Shown: positions 39,560 through 51,197 of the stretch, piece after piece
Position numbering within the stretch: the first letter of the stretch is position 1
Layout: each line of letters opens with the position of its first letter
NCBI GenBank assembly: GCA_002269645.1
Contig: NIVC01002277.1
Location: forward strand, 123,823-187,822
Origin: Macrostomum lignano
Lineage: Eukaryota
DNA: 64,000 bases
Direction of reading: 5' to 3'
The notes under the pieces: generated by a model
The model's input: the letters and a program-made list of their open reading frames with translations, nothing else
Databases searched by the model: none
What the model was told of the DNA's origin: nothing
Translations under genes and position numbers: made by a program

Positions 39560-40760
39560 CTCTATCTCGCTTATCTCCCTGCCTCTACCTCGCTTATCTC
39601 CCTGCCTCTACCTCGCTTATCTCCCTGCCTCTATCTCTCTTATCTTCCTGTCTCTATCTCGCTTATCTTCCTGTCTCTATCTCGCTTATCTCCCTGTCTC
39701 TATCTCGCTTATCTCCCTGTCTCTATCTCGCTTATCTCCCTGCCTCTATCTCGCTTATCTCCCTGCCTCTACCTCGCTTATCTCCCTGCCTCTATCTCTC
39801 TTATCTCCCTGTCTCTATCTCGCTTATCTCCCTGTCTCTATCTCGCTTATCTCCCTGTCTATCTCGCTTATCTCCCTGTCTCTATCTCGCTTATCTCCCT
39901 GCCTCTACCTCGCTTATCTCCCTGCCTCTATCTCTCTTATCTCCCTGTCTCTATCTCGCTTATCTCCCTGTCTCTATCTCTCTTATCTCCCTGTCTCTAT
40001 CTCGCTTATCTCCCTGTCTCTATCTCGCTTATCTCCCTGTCTCTATCTCGCTTATCTCCCTGTCTCTATCTCGCTTATCTCCCTGTCTCTATCTCGCTTA
40101 TCTCCCTGTCTCTATCTCTCTTATCTCCCTGCCTCTACCTCGCTTATCTCCCTGCCTCTACCTCGCTTATCTCCCTGCCTCTACCTCGCTTATCTCCCTG
40201 TCTCTATCTCGCTTATCTCCCTGTCTCTATCTCGCTTATCTCCCTGCCTCTACCTCGCTTATCTCCCTGCCTCTACCTCGCTTATCTCCCTGCCTCTACC
40301 TCGCTTATCTCCCTGCCTCTACCTCGCTTATCTCCCTGCCTCTACCTCGCTTATCTCCCTGCCTCTATCTCGCTTATCTCCCTGCCTCTACCTCTCTTAT
40401 CTCCTTGTCTCAATCCCTCTTATCTTCCTGTCTCTACCTACAGTATCTCCCTGCCTCTATCTCTCTTATCTTTCCGCCTCTACCTCTCTTATCTCCCTGT
40501 CTCTACCTCTCTTATCTCCTTGTCTCTATCTCTCTTATCTTCCTGTCTCTACCTCTCTTATCTCCCTGTCTCTACCTCTCTTATCTCCTTGTCTCTATCT
40601 CTCTTATCTTCCTGTCTCTACCTCTCTTATCTCCCTGTTTTTATCTCTCTTATCTCCCTGTCTCTACCTCTCTTATCTTTCCGCCTCTACCTCTCTTATC
40701 TCCCTGTTTTTATCTCTCTTATCTCCCTGTCTCTACCTCTCTTATCTCTCTGTCTCTAAA
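39560..40760. repeat. 23-bp minisatellite (CTCTATCTCGCTTATCTCCCTGT)
   Basis: Direct periodicity, decaying towards the 3' end. Confidence 0.96.
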
Positions 40761-41946
40761 GCACTGTCTTTTAATCTTAATCGATTAATTTCTTTTTAAA
40801 AGAATGACCCGTCTATTTTTTTTTCTGGCAGCCTAATTAGCTTTGCGCGAGCATCTTGTATGCGATGTAGAGCATTCTCCCCTCCCCTGCTTCCCTCTCC
40901 TGGGAAATAGCAGAAATTTCCTATTTGCATTGCCGTCTGTGTCACATTGTACAAGTCAAGCCTGCCCATCCTCTCCTATCAGCGGGTTTGCGAATTATTT
41001 TAGTACAAGTTGTTCTTTAATTCAGTTTGGCCAGACCGCCCCCGCTAGCAGCCTGTCCGGTCAATTGGAACCGGCACAATAGAAATTTGCATCCCAATTG
41101 CAATCCCAACATCCCAAGCTGAAAGCGAAGCGGAAAGGAGAGAAGGTCAATCTCAAATGAAGCTCAAACGCGCTTCATCCCGGATGGAAGAAGGGGGCGG
41201 AAGATCCAGTCCCTGGGGGAGGGGGGGGTGGGGGCGGCTCGCTGAGTCGCAAATAATAATAAGACTTTTTGCCTTCAAAGTGAAAATACAACCGACACTT
41301 CAAGGAGACAAAAAGCAATGCCGTTTATAATTAAGCCTCTTTAAACCGCTCTGGTGTGGCGGAGGGTGGGGGCGGCTAGACTGATTGAAGGACCGTTCAC
41401 AGCGCTAGACTGACTCGAGGATTTCTCTCTTTTTAACCTGAGCATTTTTGCTCGCGGCGATTCTAATTACTGATCATGAAAACATTATTATGGCGGGCCA
41501 GGAGGCCAACCAAGCGACAACGTCCTAAGTTATCTGATCCACTTTTTAGGCGCTTTCCCCTAGGGGGGAGTCTCACTTTCCTACTCTTTCTACTCGGCTG
41601 TCTTCTCTTCTTCATTATAGCGTCTTGAGATGCTTCTAATTATTGATCCGCAGAGCACACACTCGCAAGAACGAATATATAATACACGCTCGTAATAGCG
41701 CTAGCTGCTAGCTATCGATGATGGGGCCTGAAAGCCGGACAGGATGGCTGACTGACAGAATTGCTATGTCTCTCAGACGCCAAATACGCGCTTTGTGCTT
41801 TGTTCGCGTGCAAAAATTAATTAAATTGCTAGCTTGCATTGTAGCTGAGAACATTGATCGTATCATTACAGGGATAATTTCATTTCAATACATATTATAG
41901 TTCATTACATGCATACTAGCTAGGAGTGTTCGGGACGGGGTAGCTA

Positions 41947-42910
41947 GATTAAGCGCGCCAGGAACAAGCGCGCATTTTCGCACATATTTTACATGGTTCG
42001 GAATAAGCGCGCAGTTTACTTTCCACAGACCGGAATAAGCGCGCAGTATTTTTGATCGATACAGGAAAAAGCGCGCAAAGCGCCATGACTTGGAACAAGC
42101 GCGCCAAAATTTTACCTGCTTTCGGAATGGCTGACCAAATGATGGCAACAAAACGGCAAGCCGACCAGCCGGCTCTGAACTCTCAGCCTGTCTCGTATCA
42201 GCAGCTCCAGCCGGCTCTGGACTCTCAGCCTGTCTCGTATCAGCAGCTCCAGCCGGCTCTGGACTCTCAGCCTGTCTCGTATCAGCAGCTCCAGCCGGCT
42301 CTGGACTCTCAGCCTGTCTCGTATCAGCAGCTCCAGCCGGCTCTGGACTCTCAGCCTGTCTCGTATCAGCAGCTCCAGCCGGCTCTGGACTCTCAGCCTG
42401 TCTCGTATCAGCAGCTCCAGCCGGCTCTGGACTCTCAGCCTGTCTCGTATCAGCAGCTCCAGCCGGCTCTGGACTCTCAGCCTGTCTCGTATCAGCAGCT
42501 TTACCTCTACAACCAATGGTTTTATTAAGCAGCTCCATTTTTAATTTTAGCGAACTTCTCAGCTGCAGTTTCAACTTTTAGCAAAGCTTTTAGCTTTTAG
42601 CAATTTTAACTTTGTAACCTTGCTTCGTCTTAAATACATAGTTTAAATTCGACTTTAATCTTAGTTCTGTTGAAAATCTGTGCGCGCTTATTCCAGGACT
42701 TTTAAAAAACGTTGCGCGCTCTTTCCTGTACCTAGGAATATGGATGCGCGCTTATTACAGTATTTTGACAAAACTTTGCGCGCTCATTCCTGTATCGAGA
42801 AATATCGATGCGCGCTTATTACAGTATTTTGATATATCGCAGCGCGCATATTCCAACATTTTTCCGTGCGCGCTTGTTCCCTGGCGCGCTTATTCCTGGC
42901 GCGCTTAATC
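41947..42910. mobile_element. Non-autonomous TIR element with inward-facing subterminal GGAA(T/C)AAGCGCGC motifs and a 42-bp tandem core
   Basis: TIR GATTAAGCGCGCCAGGAA at both ends; about 6 motif copies on the left arm and about 9 inverted copies on the right arm. Confidence 0.75.
42163..42500. repeat. 42-bp tandem repeat, 8 copies, inside the TIR element
   Basis: CCAGCCGGCTCTGGACTCTCAGCCTGTCTCGTATCAGCAGCT repeated almost perfectly. Confidence 0.96.
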
Positions 42911-43749
42911 AGCCCTCCCTTGGTTCGGGGTTCGGGGATTAACCCCGAACCGGGTACTTCTACCTCGAACCTAACCCCGAATTTTCAATCAATCATTTTA
43001 ATCAATAAATACGCTATTTGGTTAAAATAGAGCGCTTTTTTATTTTACTGTAATTTGAAACATTTTGGGCGCCGACGTAAGCTGAAAAATAAATAAATAA
43101 TACGCAGCTTTATTGCTATTTATAAGTGCAAATAATGACGCAATTCCAACCCTTCAGGAAATTTAATTCAATGCGATTGTTAAACTCCTGAGGGAAAAGG
43201 CGCTGACGCCACCGATTCCTGGAAGAAATATGTTGGCCTCAGGTAATTCCTTTCCTTGTCTCAGATTGAATAAGAAGTAAATCATAAATCATAAAACGCA
43301 TTTGACAAGCAAAAAGTTTTAGTTCATTCACGTCATACCTCGGCAGGCAGACAAAAATCAAGGACTTCTAGACTAGAAGTCCTTGACAAAAATATGCACG
43401 GCCATCCAACGAAAAAACATCTCAAACTTTATTTTGCTTCGCCCCTACGAGTACACACAGCTGTCCCACTCAATACGATACACTCATACACATCATACAG
43501 TTTCCGGCCTAACTGACCCATGAAACCTGGGGAGAAATAAATAGTTTTATAAATTACATACATATTTTATTATGATTGAAGCAGGCAGTTCAAACCACGT
43601 GTTAAAATAACTCCAGATGACTTTTTAAACATCAAAATCAACGACTTTCGTTATTTCCAAAAATTGATGCATGCATCCGTGGTACTATAACGAGATATTT
43701 TGGAAAAAAAAATTGTGAAAAAGTAGTTGTCTGCGCTAATGTAATTTAA

Positions 43750-46158
43750 AGGGGATGTCAACTTAAGCACCAGAATGGAGCCCGAAGTTCAGCTCCGGAC
43801 CAAACCGACTGCAATCGATAACTTGTCGGCCCAGACGACTAGAATCGCCGAGACATCCCATCCGGCTCCCTTCCTTGGGTCCCAGGGGATAAAGGGGATA
43901 AAATGGGGATCTCATGTCAACTTAAGGCTCTGGAATGGAGCCCGAAGTTCAGCTCCGGACCAAACCGACTGCAATCGATAACTTGTCGGCCCAGACGACT
44001 AGAATCGCCGAGACATCCCATCCGGCTCCCTTCCTTGGGGTCCCAGGGGATAAAGGGGATAAAATGGGGATCTCATGTCAACTTAAGGCTCTGGAATGGA
44101 GCCCGAAGTTCAGCTCCGGCCCAAACCGACTGAAATCGATAACTTGTCGGCCCAGACGACTAGAATCGCCGAGACATCCCATCCGGCTCCCTTCCTTGGG
44201 GTCCCAGGGGATAAAGGGGATAAAATGGGGATCTCATGTCAACTTAAGGCTCTGGAATGGAGCCCGAAGTTCAGCTCCGGACCAAACCGACTGCAATCGA
44301 TAACTTGTCGGCCCAGACGACTAGAATCGCCGAGACATCCCATCCGGCTCCCTTCCTTGGGGTCCCAGGGGATAAAGGGGATAAAATGGGGATCTCATGT
44401 CAACTTAAGGCTCTGGAATGGAGCCCGAAGTTCAGCTCCGGCCCAAACCGACTGCAATCGATAACTTGTCGGCCCAGACGACTAGAATCGCCGAGACATC
44501 CCATCCGGCTCCCTTCCTTGGGGTCCCAGGGGATAAAGGGGATAAAATGGGGATCTCATGTCAACTTAAGGCTCTGGAATGGAGCCCGAAGTTCAGCTCC
44601 GGACCAAACCGACTGCAATCGATAACTTGTCGGCCCAGACGACTAGAATCGCCGAGACATCCCATCCGGCTCCCTTCCTTGGGTCCCAGGGTATAAAGGG
44701 GATAAAATGGGGATCTCATGTCAACTTAAGGCTCTGGAATGGAGCCCGAAGTTCAGCTCCGGACCAAACCGACTGCAATCGATAACTTGTCGGCCCAGAC
44801 GACTAGAATCGCCGAGACATCCCATCCGGCTCCCTTCCTTGGGGTGACTGAAACTCCTTTTGCTGGCCGCTAGACTGTTGCTCAGTAGGCTTCCGCTGCT
44901 GTGGTAAAGCATTTTCTCTGGCATAAAGTCTGGCAACAAGGCTGCGTGGAAGAGCGGAATCAACAAAGCGAAGGCTAGCACCAGACCTTCGATAGCTATC
45001 TTGGTGGTAAGCGTAGCAGCCCAGGAGTTTGAGCACTGCCATTACATGACAATGGCGGCCTGCAGTCCTACTGGGAGCCGGATGGGATGTCTCGGCGATT
45101 CTAGTCGTCTGGGCCGACAAGTTATCGATTGCAGTCGGTTTGGTCCGGAGCTGAACTTCGGGCTCCATTCCAGAGCCTTAAGTTGACATGAGATCCCCAT
45201 TTTATCCCCTTTATCCCCTGGGACCCCAAGGAAGGGAGCCGGATGGGATGTCTCGGCGATTCTAGTCGTCTGGGCCGACAAGTTATCGATTGCAGTCGGT
45301 TTGGTCCGGAGCTGAACTTCGGGCTCCATTCCAGAGCCTTAAGTTGACATGAGATCCCCATTTTATCCCCTTTATCCCCTGGGACCCCAAGGAAGGGAGC
45401 CGGATGGGATGTCTCGGCGATTCTAGTCGTCTGGGCCGACAAGTTATCGATTGCAGTCGGTTTGGTCCGGAGCTGAACTTCGGGCTCCATTCCAGAGCCT
45501 TAAGTTGACATGAGATCCCCATTTTATCCCCTTTATCCCCTGGGACCCAAGGAAGGGAGCCGGATGGGATGTCTCGGCGATTCTAGTCGTCTGGGCCGAC
45601 AAGTTATCGATTGCAGTCGGTTTGGTCCGGAGCTGAACTTCGGGCTCCATTCCAGAGCCTTAAGTTGACATGAGATCCCCATTTTATCCCCTTTATCCCC
45701 TGGGACCCCAAGGAAGGGAGCCGGATGGGATGTCTCGGCGATTCTAGTCGTCTGGGCCGACAAGTTATCGATTTCAGTCGGTTTGGTCCGGAGCTGAACT
45801 TCGGGCTCCATTCCAGAGCCTTAAGTTGACATGAGATCCCCATTTTATCCCCTTTATCCCCTGGGACCCCAAGGAAGGGAGCCGGATGGGATGTCTCGGC
45901 GATTCTAGTCGTCTGGGCCGACAAGTTATCGATTGCAGTCGGTTTGGTCCGGAGCTGAACTTCGGGCTCCATTCCAGAGCCTTAAGTTGACATGAGATCC
46001 CCATTTTATCCCCTTTATCCCCTGGGACCCCAAGGAAGGGAGCCGGATGGGATGTCTCGGCGATTCTAGTCGTCTGGGCCAACAAGTTATCGATTGCAGT
46101 CGGTTTGGTCCGGAGCTGAACTTCGGGCTCCATTCTGGTGCCTAAGTTGACATCCCCT
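43750..46158. mobile_element. 2.4-kb foldback element: two inverted arrays of ~161-bp units around a ~227-bp core, with Kolobok-like ends
   Basis: Left end TTAA|AGGGGATGTCAACTTAAGCACCAGAATGGAGCCC; right end GGGCTCCATTCTGGTGCCTAAGTTGACATCCCCT|TTGA; seven unit starts per arm. Confidence 0.8.
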
Positions 46159-46438
46159 TTGATGTAGAAGTTAAAATTCCTTTCCTTCCTCAGGGCTTGC
46201 AGCCTCAAGAGCATATGGGGTTAAGAATGAACAAGCATTTGTTAACTCAATGTACACAAATGAACGCAAGACGGACGAAACTCAGCCTAGGGGGGGGGGG
46301 GGGTGGGGCAGGCCCAATCTAGCTCAGCCAATGAGAGAGCAGTAGAGAGATGCCTGGGCGACAGCACTAATTCTCACTTGCTCTCTATGCCAAGCACTGA
46401 ATTTGGGAATTTTACATTTTTATAGTTTTCTACAGTCT

Positions 46439-46620
46439 CAGTAGCGGATTTAGAGGTGGGGCGCACAGGGCGCGCGCCCCTCCGTTAAGTTTAATTTTTT
46501 AGATTTTTATATGGAAAATACACATTATCATATACATATACTTGTACATGATATGAATATATTTGTACCTTAGTAGTCTGCGCCCCCTCCCCCGTTCAAA
46601 ATTTTCTGGATCCGCTACTG
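46439..46620. mobile_element. hAT-like MITE, 182 bp
   Basis: TIRs CAGTAGCGGATTTAGA / TCTGGATCCGCTACTG; degenerate flanking duplication TACAGTCT / TCAGTCT. Confidence 0.65.
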
Positions 46621-47428
46621 TCAGTCTTAAGTCTTAAATTCGTTTATTTTTGAACCGGTAAAACTCCCCCCCCCCTTGGATCAAAACTCAGCAGACATGC
46701 CTTATTTAATTAGCCTGCTTGTAGAATTAGGCACAGACAAATTTTGCAGCTTTAAAAGCTTAAAATTTCGCTTAAAAGTAGATAAATTGTAATTTTACTT
46801 TTATAAAGGCAAAAACGCTAATTTTGCTACTGAAAAAAGAGTAGAGAAACGCGTTTTTTGTGAGTGACACATCCTAGTTATTCTAGTATCTGTGAGTCAC
46901 TCCAGTTGTTTTTTCTGCACGTTGCGGCAAAAAATTTTCAGCTAAACTGAAGTCACGTGACCAAATATAGTACAAGAATGACTCAGCTGCTTGCTGTATA
47001 GAAATTCTAAGATATTAATACCCGGATGTTGTAAAAAAACAATTCTGGAGTTGCCCAGTATATTCAGTTTTGCAGGATAGAACAGAAGATACAAGGTAGT
47101 TATTATGGAGGGGGTTGACATAGCTAGTGCAGTCTGAACCGCACTGGCGTACACTGCAGCGTACATGCCTACATGTGCACACAGGTTTGCAGCACTCAGA
47201 AGACTTGGCCATATATAGCCTGCTGTTTACGACACTCAGCGCACACAAGCCTTCCCTATTTACACTCGCTAACTGCGGAATAAGGAAGCAAGTAGTTCAG
47301 CTTTATTGCAATAATAGACTATATCAGGCACATACCAAAGGCTTTTCCTAAGCATCTAGACAAGAGCACGAAGGGACTGATTCTACCACAAATTAAAACT
47401 GAGCTACTCTTACACAGACGAGTCTGCT

Positions 47429-48159
47429 ATGAATTTGCCAGCACTGCGTTTGGCAGCTCGGTGCGGCGACTGCCAGCAGCTGCAGGCTGGACTTCAACAG
47501 CAGCAGCAGCCGCATCCGCTAGGAGCCAATGACCCAAGCAGGCAGCAGCTTCTGGCGTCGCTGCTTGCCGCCGCGGCCGCCTGGGGTCACCTGCCGGCCG
47601 TTCGACTTCTGCTGAGCGCCGGCGCCACCGTCTGCGAGGCTGGCAGCGTTGTGGTCAGTGACTCGAGCAGAGTCAATGCGAGCTCGGACTGCCAGTGCTG
47701 GACCGGCGCCTCCGCTCTGCACTGGGCCGTCAGGCGGGGACACGCCGACGTGGTGAGGGAGCTGCTGTCGCGGAGCACCGTCGGCGCCAGGCTGATCAAC
47801 TGTCGTGACGAAGACGGCGCCACTCCGCTGGCCGACTGCTGCCAGCACCAGCGGCCAGAGCTGGCCCGCCTGCTGCTGGAGGCTGGCGCCGACCCGAACG
47901 CCGCCTGTAGCCGCTACCAGCGCCGGCCACTGCACTGGGCCGCCTGCTCAGGCGATGAAGCTCTAGCCCGGTGCCTCATTGACGCTGGCGCCGAGCCTGG
48001 TGCCGTGGACTGGCGCCAGCGGACCGCAGCCGACGTTGCTGAGGCCGTTGGGCATGGACGATTGGCGGAGCAGCTCCGCATGGACGAGACTGAGCGGTGG
48101 CTGCCGAGCGGAGTAAAAACGTTGCTGTATGTTGTTGGGAATTTAATTGCTTGCAGGGT
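47429..48159 (+). CDS. Ankyrin-caspase fusion, exon 1: about five ankyrin repeats
   Basis: AAAWGHLPAVRLLLSAGA, SALHWAVRRGHADVVRELL, DEDGATPL..LLLEAGADPN, RPLHWAACSG..LIDAGAEP; phase-2 donor GT|GTAAGC at 48160 (alternative phase-2 donor at 48097). Confidence 0.85.
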
Positions 48160-48270
48160 GTAAGCACATTCTCACCATGACCACCGTGACATGCTTGCTA
48201 GGAAATGCATACTAACATAAGTCAAGGATAACTATGCTTAAATACCCCCCAACGATTTTCCTTCTGTCAG

Positions 48271-49450
48271 GCCTGACGTTGTGTGCTCCACCGCGCCCGA
48301 TCAACTGCCGCACCAGCCGAAGGAGTCGCAGCAGCTGACCCGATTTCGCTCAGAGTCCGAGTCTCCTCCGCAGCAACTGCTGGTTGCTGCCAACCAGAGC
48401 CAGCTGCCCAGGCATCTGCATCAGCAACAGACAGCAGCCAGCCAGCTGCCCAGGCATCTGCATCAACAGTCAAGCATTCCCAGCGCTTCATCTGGCTGGA
48501 ATGCTCCGGCCATCGATCTGACTCAATCCCAGCCAGCAGCAGTCCTCCAGCAGCCGCCCGGTGTCAGCTCGTCCCGCCGATTCACCGACCCTTCGCTGCT
48601 GCCGCCGTCAGAACCGCAGCTGCCGAAGCTGGCCGCCTATTCGATATCGGAGAAGCCGCGCGGTCTCTGCTTGGTCCTGAGCAACGAGAACTACGTCAAG
48701 CTTCAGCCGCGGCACGGCACCCAGCAGGACGTGGAAAGAATCGAGCAGCTCTTCGAACAGCGTCTCGGCTTCATAGTGGAGGTGAGAACCGACCTCACCG
48801 GCCGGCAATTGCTGGAAGCCGCCGCGAAGGCCGCAAAGAAGGCTCACCGGCACCGCAACGCCGACGCTTTCGTCTGCTTCTTGCTGGCTCACGGCGACTC
48901 CGGCGGAAATGTCTACGGAGTGGATGGCGTCAGCGTGTCTCTTAACGACATCGCCGCCGCATTCGACGTCGTCGGCTGCCCGGAGTTGGCGGGCAAACCG
49001 AAGGCCTTCTTCGTTCAGGCTTGCCGCGGCTCCAAGGTGGTCGCGGCGGCCACCTGCTCTTACGCTCTGCCGCCGGAGCTCGACGGTCCAGCAGCGGCTG
49101 AGCAGCCGCGGGCAACTCCGCTGGCAGTGTCGCCGGAGGGCGCTGACTACCTATTCGGGTTCGCCTGCTGCGAGAGCCGACCTGCCTACAGGTGCAGCGT
49201 CTCCGGGAGCATCTTCGTGCAGGCTCTGTGCGACGTCATCGACAATTGGCTCGGTAGCGACGATCCGACGGCTGAGGTCGACGTCGAGGACGCTCTGATG
49301 GAGGCCAGGCGACGGATCTGCGCCGCGCCGGTGGATCAGGTCAGTGGCGGCGCCGTTGGAGGACTCGATCCTTACAGGCGCCCGGTGTACATGGTCCCAG
49401 AGGTCCGGTCTACACTGAGGTTTCGGCTGCGTCTCGGCGTGTGCGGCTGA
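48271..49450 (+). CDS. Ankyrin-caspase fusion, exon 2: Q/P-rich linker plus peptidase C14 caspase domain
   Basis: TTTTCCTTCTGTCAG acceptor in phase 2; KPRGLCLVLSNENY, RHGTQQD, FVCFLLAHG (catalytic His), GKPKAFFVQACRG (catalytic Cys at 49022), ADYLFGFA, AYR...GSIFVQALC. Confidence 0.92.
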
Positions 49451-49734
49451 CCGGTGCAGTTCGGTTCGCCCGCTTGCAACTGACTATATTGCAGCTGGTA
49501 CTAAAACTAGTTAGTGCTTTGTGTACTTTTTATGCACTATCAATAGCCTTTTGCACGGCGACTGTCTCTGTGATTAATAGACTGTGACACTGTAACAGTG
49601 TGTAAAAGTAAAACACATTACATATATTAGATATAATAATATTGCTCGTACGCTCGTATAAGGCAAGTGTGGATCCGCGACCAGCCAGGAGGCAAGCAGT
49701 CAGGCCCATTCCGCTGACCCTTGAGCATGTGATC

Positions 49735-50010
49735 AAGCGATCACTTAATCACTCAATCACTCGATCACTCAATCACTCGATCACTCGATCACTCTATCAC
49801 TCGATCACTCAATCACTCAATCACTCGATCACTCAATCAATCGATCACTCGATCACTCAATCACTCGATCAATCGATCACTCGATCGCACTATCACTCAA
49901 TCACTCAATCACTCAATCACTCAATCACTCAATCACTCGATCACAATATCACTCAATCACTCGATCACTCAATCATTTGATCAATCGATCACTTGATCAC
50001 TCAATCACTA
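49735..50010. repeat. Mixed tetranucleotide satellite (TCAC/TCAA/TCGA)
   Basis: Direct. Confidence 0.92.
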
Positions 50011-50337
50011 GAGAGACGTACCGCAATTTTATGAATACGGAAGCCTTTTTTGAGTGTGTTGCTATCCAGAAGTAAAAAAACATTTTAACATTTGCACATT
50101 GTGTTTGCAGCTTCAATGTCTCACTTTGTTGGTGTGTTGCAATTTCAATACTCCATCGAATTTCTGTATCTGTACTCCTTTGTCGCAGTGCGGCCTGTAT
50201 TTCAATTCCGATGTCATGCCACATGTCTGTATCTACCTGGTACTTTTTCTCTGTGTTTAAAAGCGTCAGAACTTTCAGGACACCCTTCATATGTCATTCC
50301 AATGTCTGAATGTGTCCCGTATTGCATAGTAATAAGA

Positions 50338-50550
50338 GGGAGTTGTAGCCTAGTGGTTAGAGCGTCGGACTCACGACTTGAAGGTCGGGGGTTCGATTCC
50401 CGATCCCACTGGAACAATTTGTGTCCTTGAGCAAGAAACTTAACTCTGCATTGCTTCAGTTCGCCCAGCTGTAAAAATGGGTGCCAGCATGAGCTGGGGT
50501 AATCTGGCCATTAGGGAAGGTGTAATAAATGATTATTAATTATTATTGTT
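50338..50550 (+). mobile_element. tRNA-derived SINE with a CORE-like central domain and a (TTA)-rich tail
   Basis: A box TAGCCTAGTGG, B box GGTTCGATTCC, then TGTGTCCTTGAGCAAGAAACTTAAC...CTTCAGTTCGCCCAGCTGTAAAAATGGG resembling the MIR CORE segment; no clean acceptor stem or terminator as in a real tRNA gene. Confidence 0.8.
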
Positions 50551-51197
50551 ATAGTAAACAAGTGTTGCGCATGTTTCTTGAAGGAACAAAAATAAAAAAA
50601 TCGTTACATACACGCACTTCAGTAGTATGTGCTCAACTTGGCAGTGCAGAGCAACACAAATAGCTCTGCTAATACATGCATCATTTGTCTGCTATTGTCG
50701 GCTTAGCAAACAACTCTTGCAATCGTCTCTCGGGGTATGGAACTGGGAACTTTAAGAGTCTCTAAACTCAATACTCAAAATCTAGCTAATTAGACACACA
50801 TCAAGCAATGGCGCAGAGCAGACGGAGATTTCAGACAGACTGACAGCCGCACACTCAGCTGGATTGTCCGAACATTCTGCTGAGCTTGACAACTAACTGC
50901 CTTTCTTTGCTCTGGGGTCGGTCTTTCATGTCTTGCTTTTAGCTGTATCTCTGCCTATCTCTCTCTTCTGTCCTCTCTACCTGCCTATCTGGCTTGGGTC
51001 AGAGTTAAAAGAATGGCGAAACAACCAGCAGTCTCGGAGAGCGAAAAATGAATTTATAAACCAACGCGCAAAGCAAAATTTGATAAACAGCCAGCCCTCC
51101 TCGGCGTGCCCCCCGAGGCTCGAACGATTTGAAAGCTTCGCATCTCTGGCATCTGATTGTGGCGGGGGTGGCGCTCGCAGCTCAGACAGGTCAGGCC

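Noticed and set aside
43775-46214. Repeated MEPEVQLRTKP... ORFs as a repeat protein
   Set aside because: The unit length (160-161 bp) is not a multiple of three, so frames shift every unit; this is non-coding transposon arm sequence.
50010-50292. Mariner-like element ending in GAACTTTCAGGACACCCTTCATA
   Set aside because: Only one TIR-like end is visible, with no matching left end or transposase sequence.
50338-50410. tRNA gene
   Set aside because: A and B boxes are present but the sequence continues into a SINE body and tail without a poly-T terminator; called a SINE.
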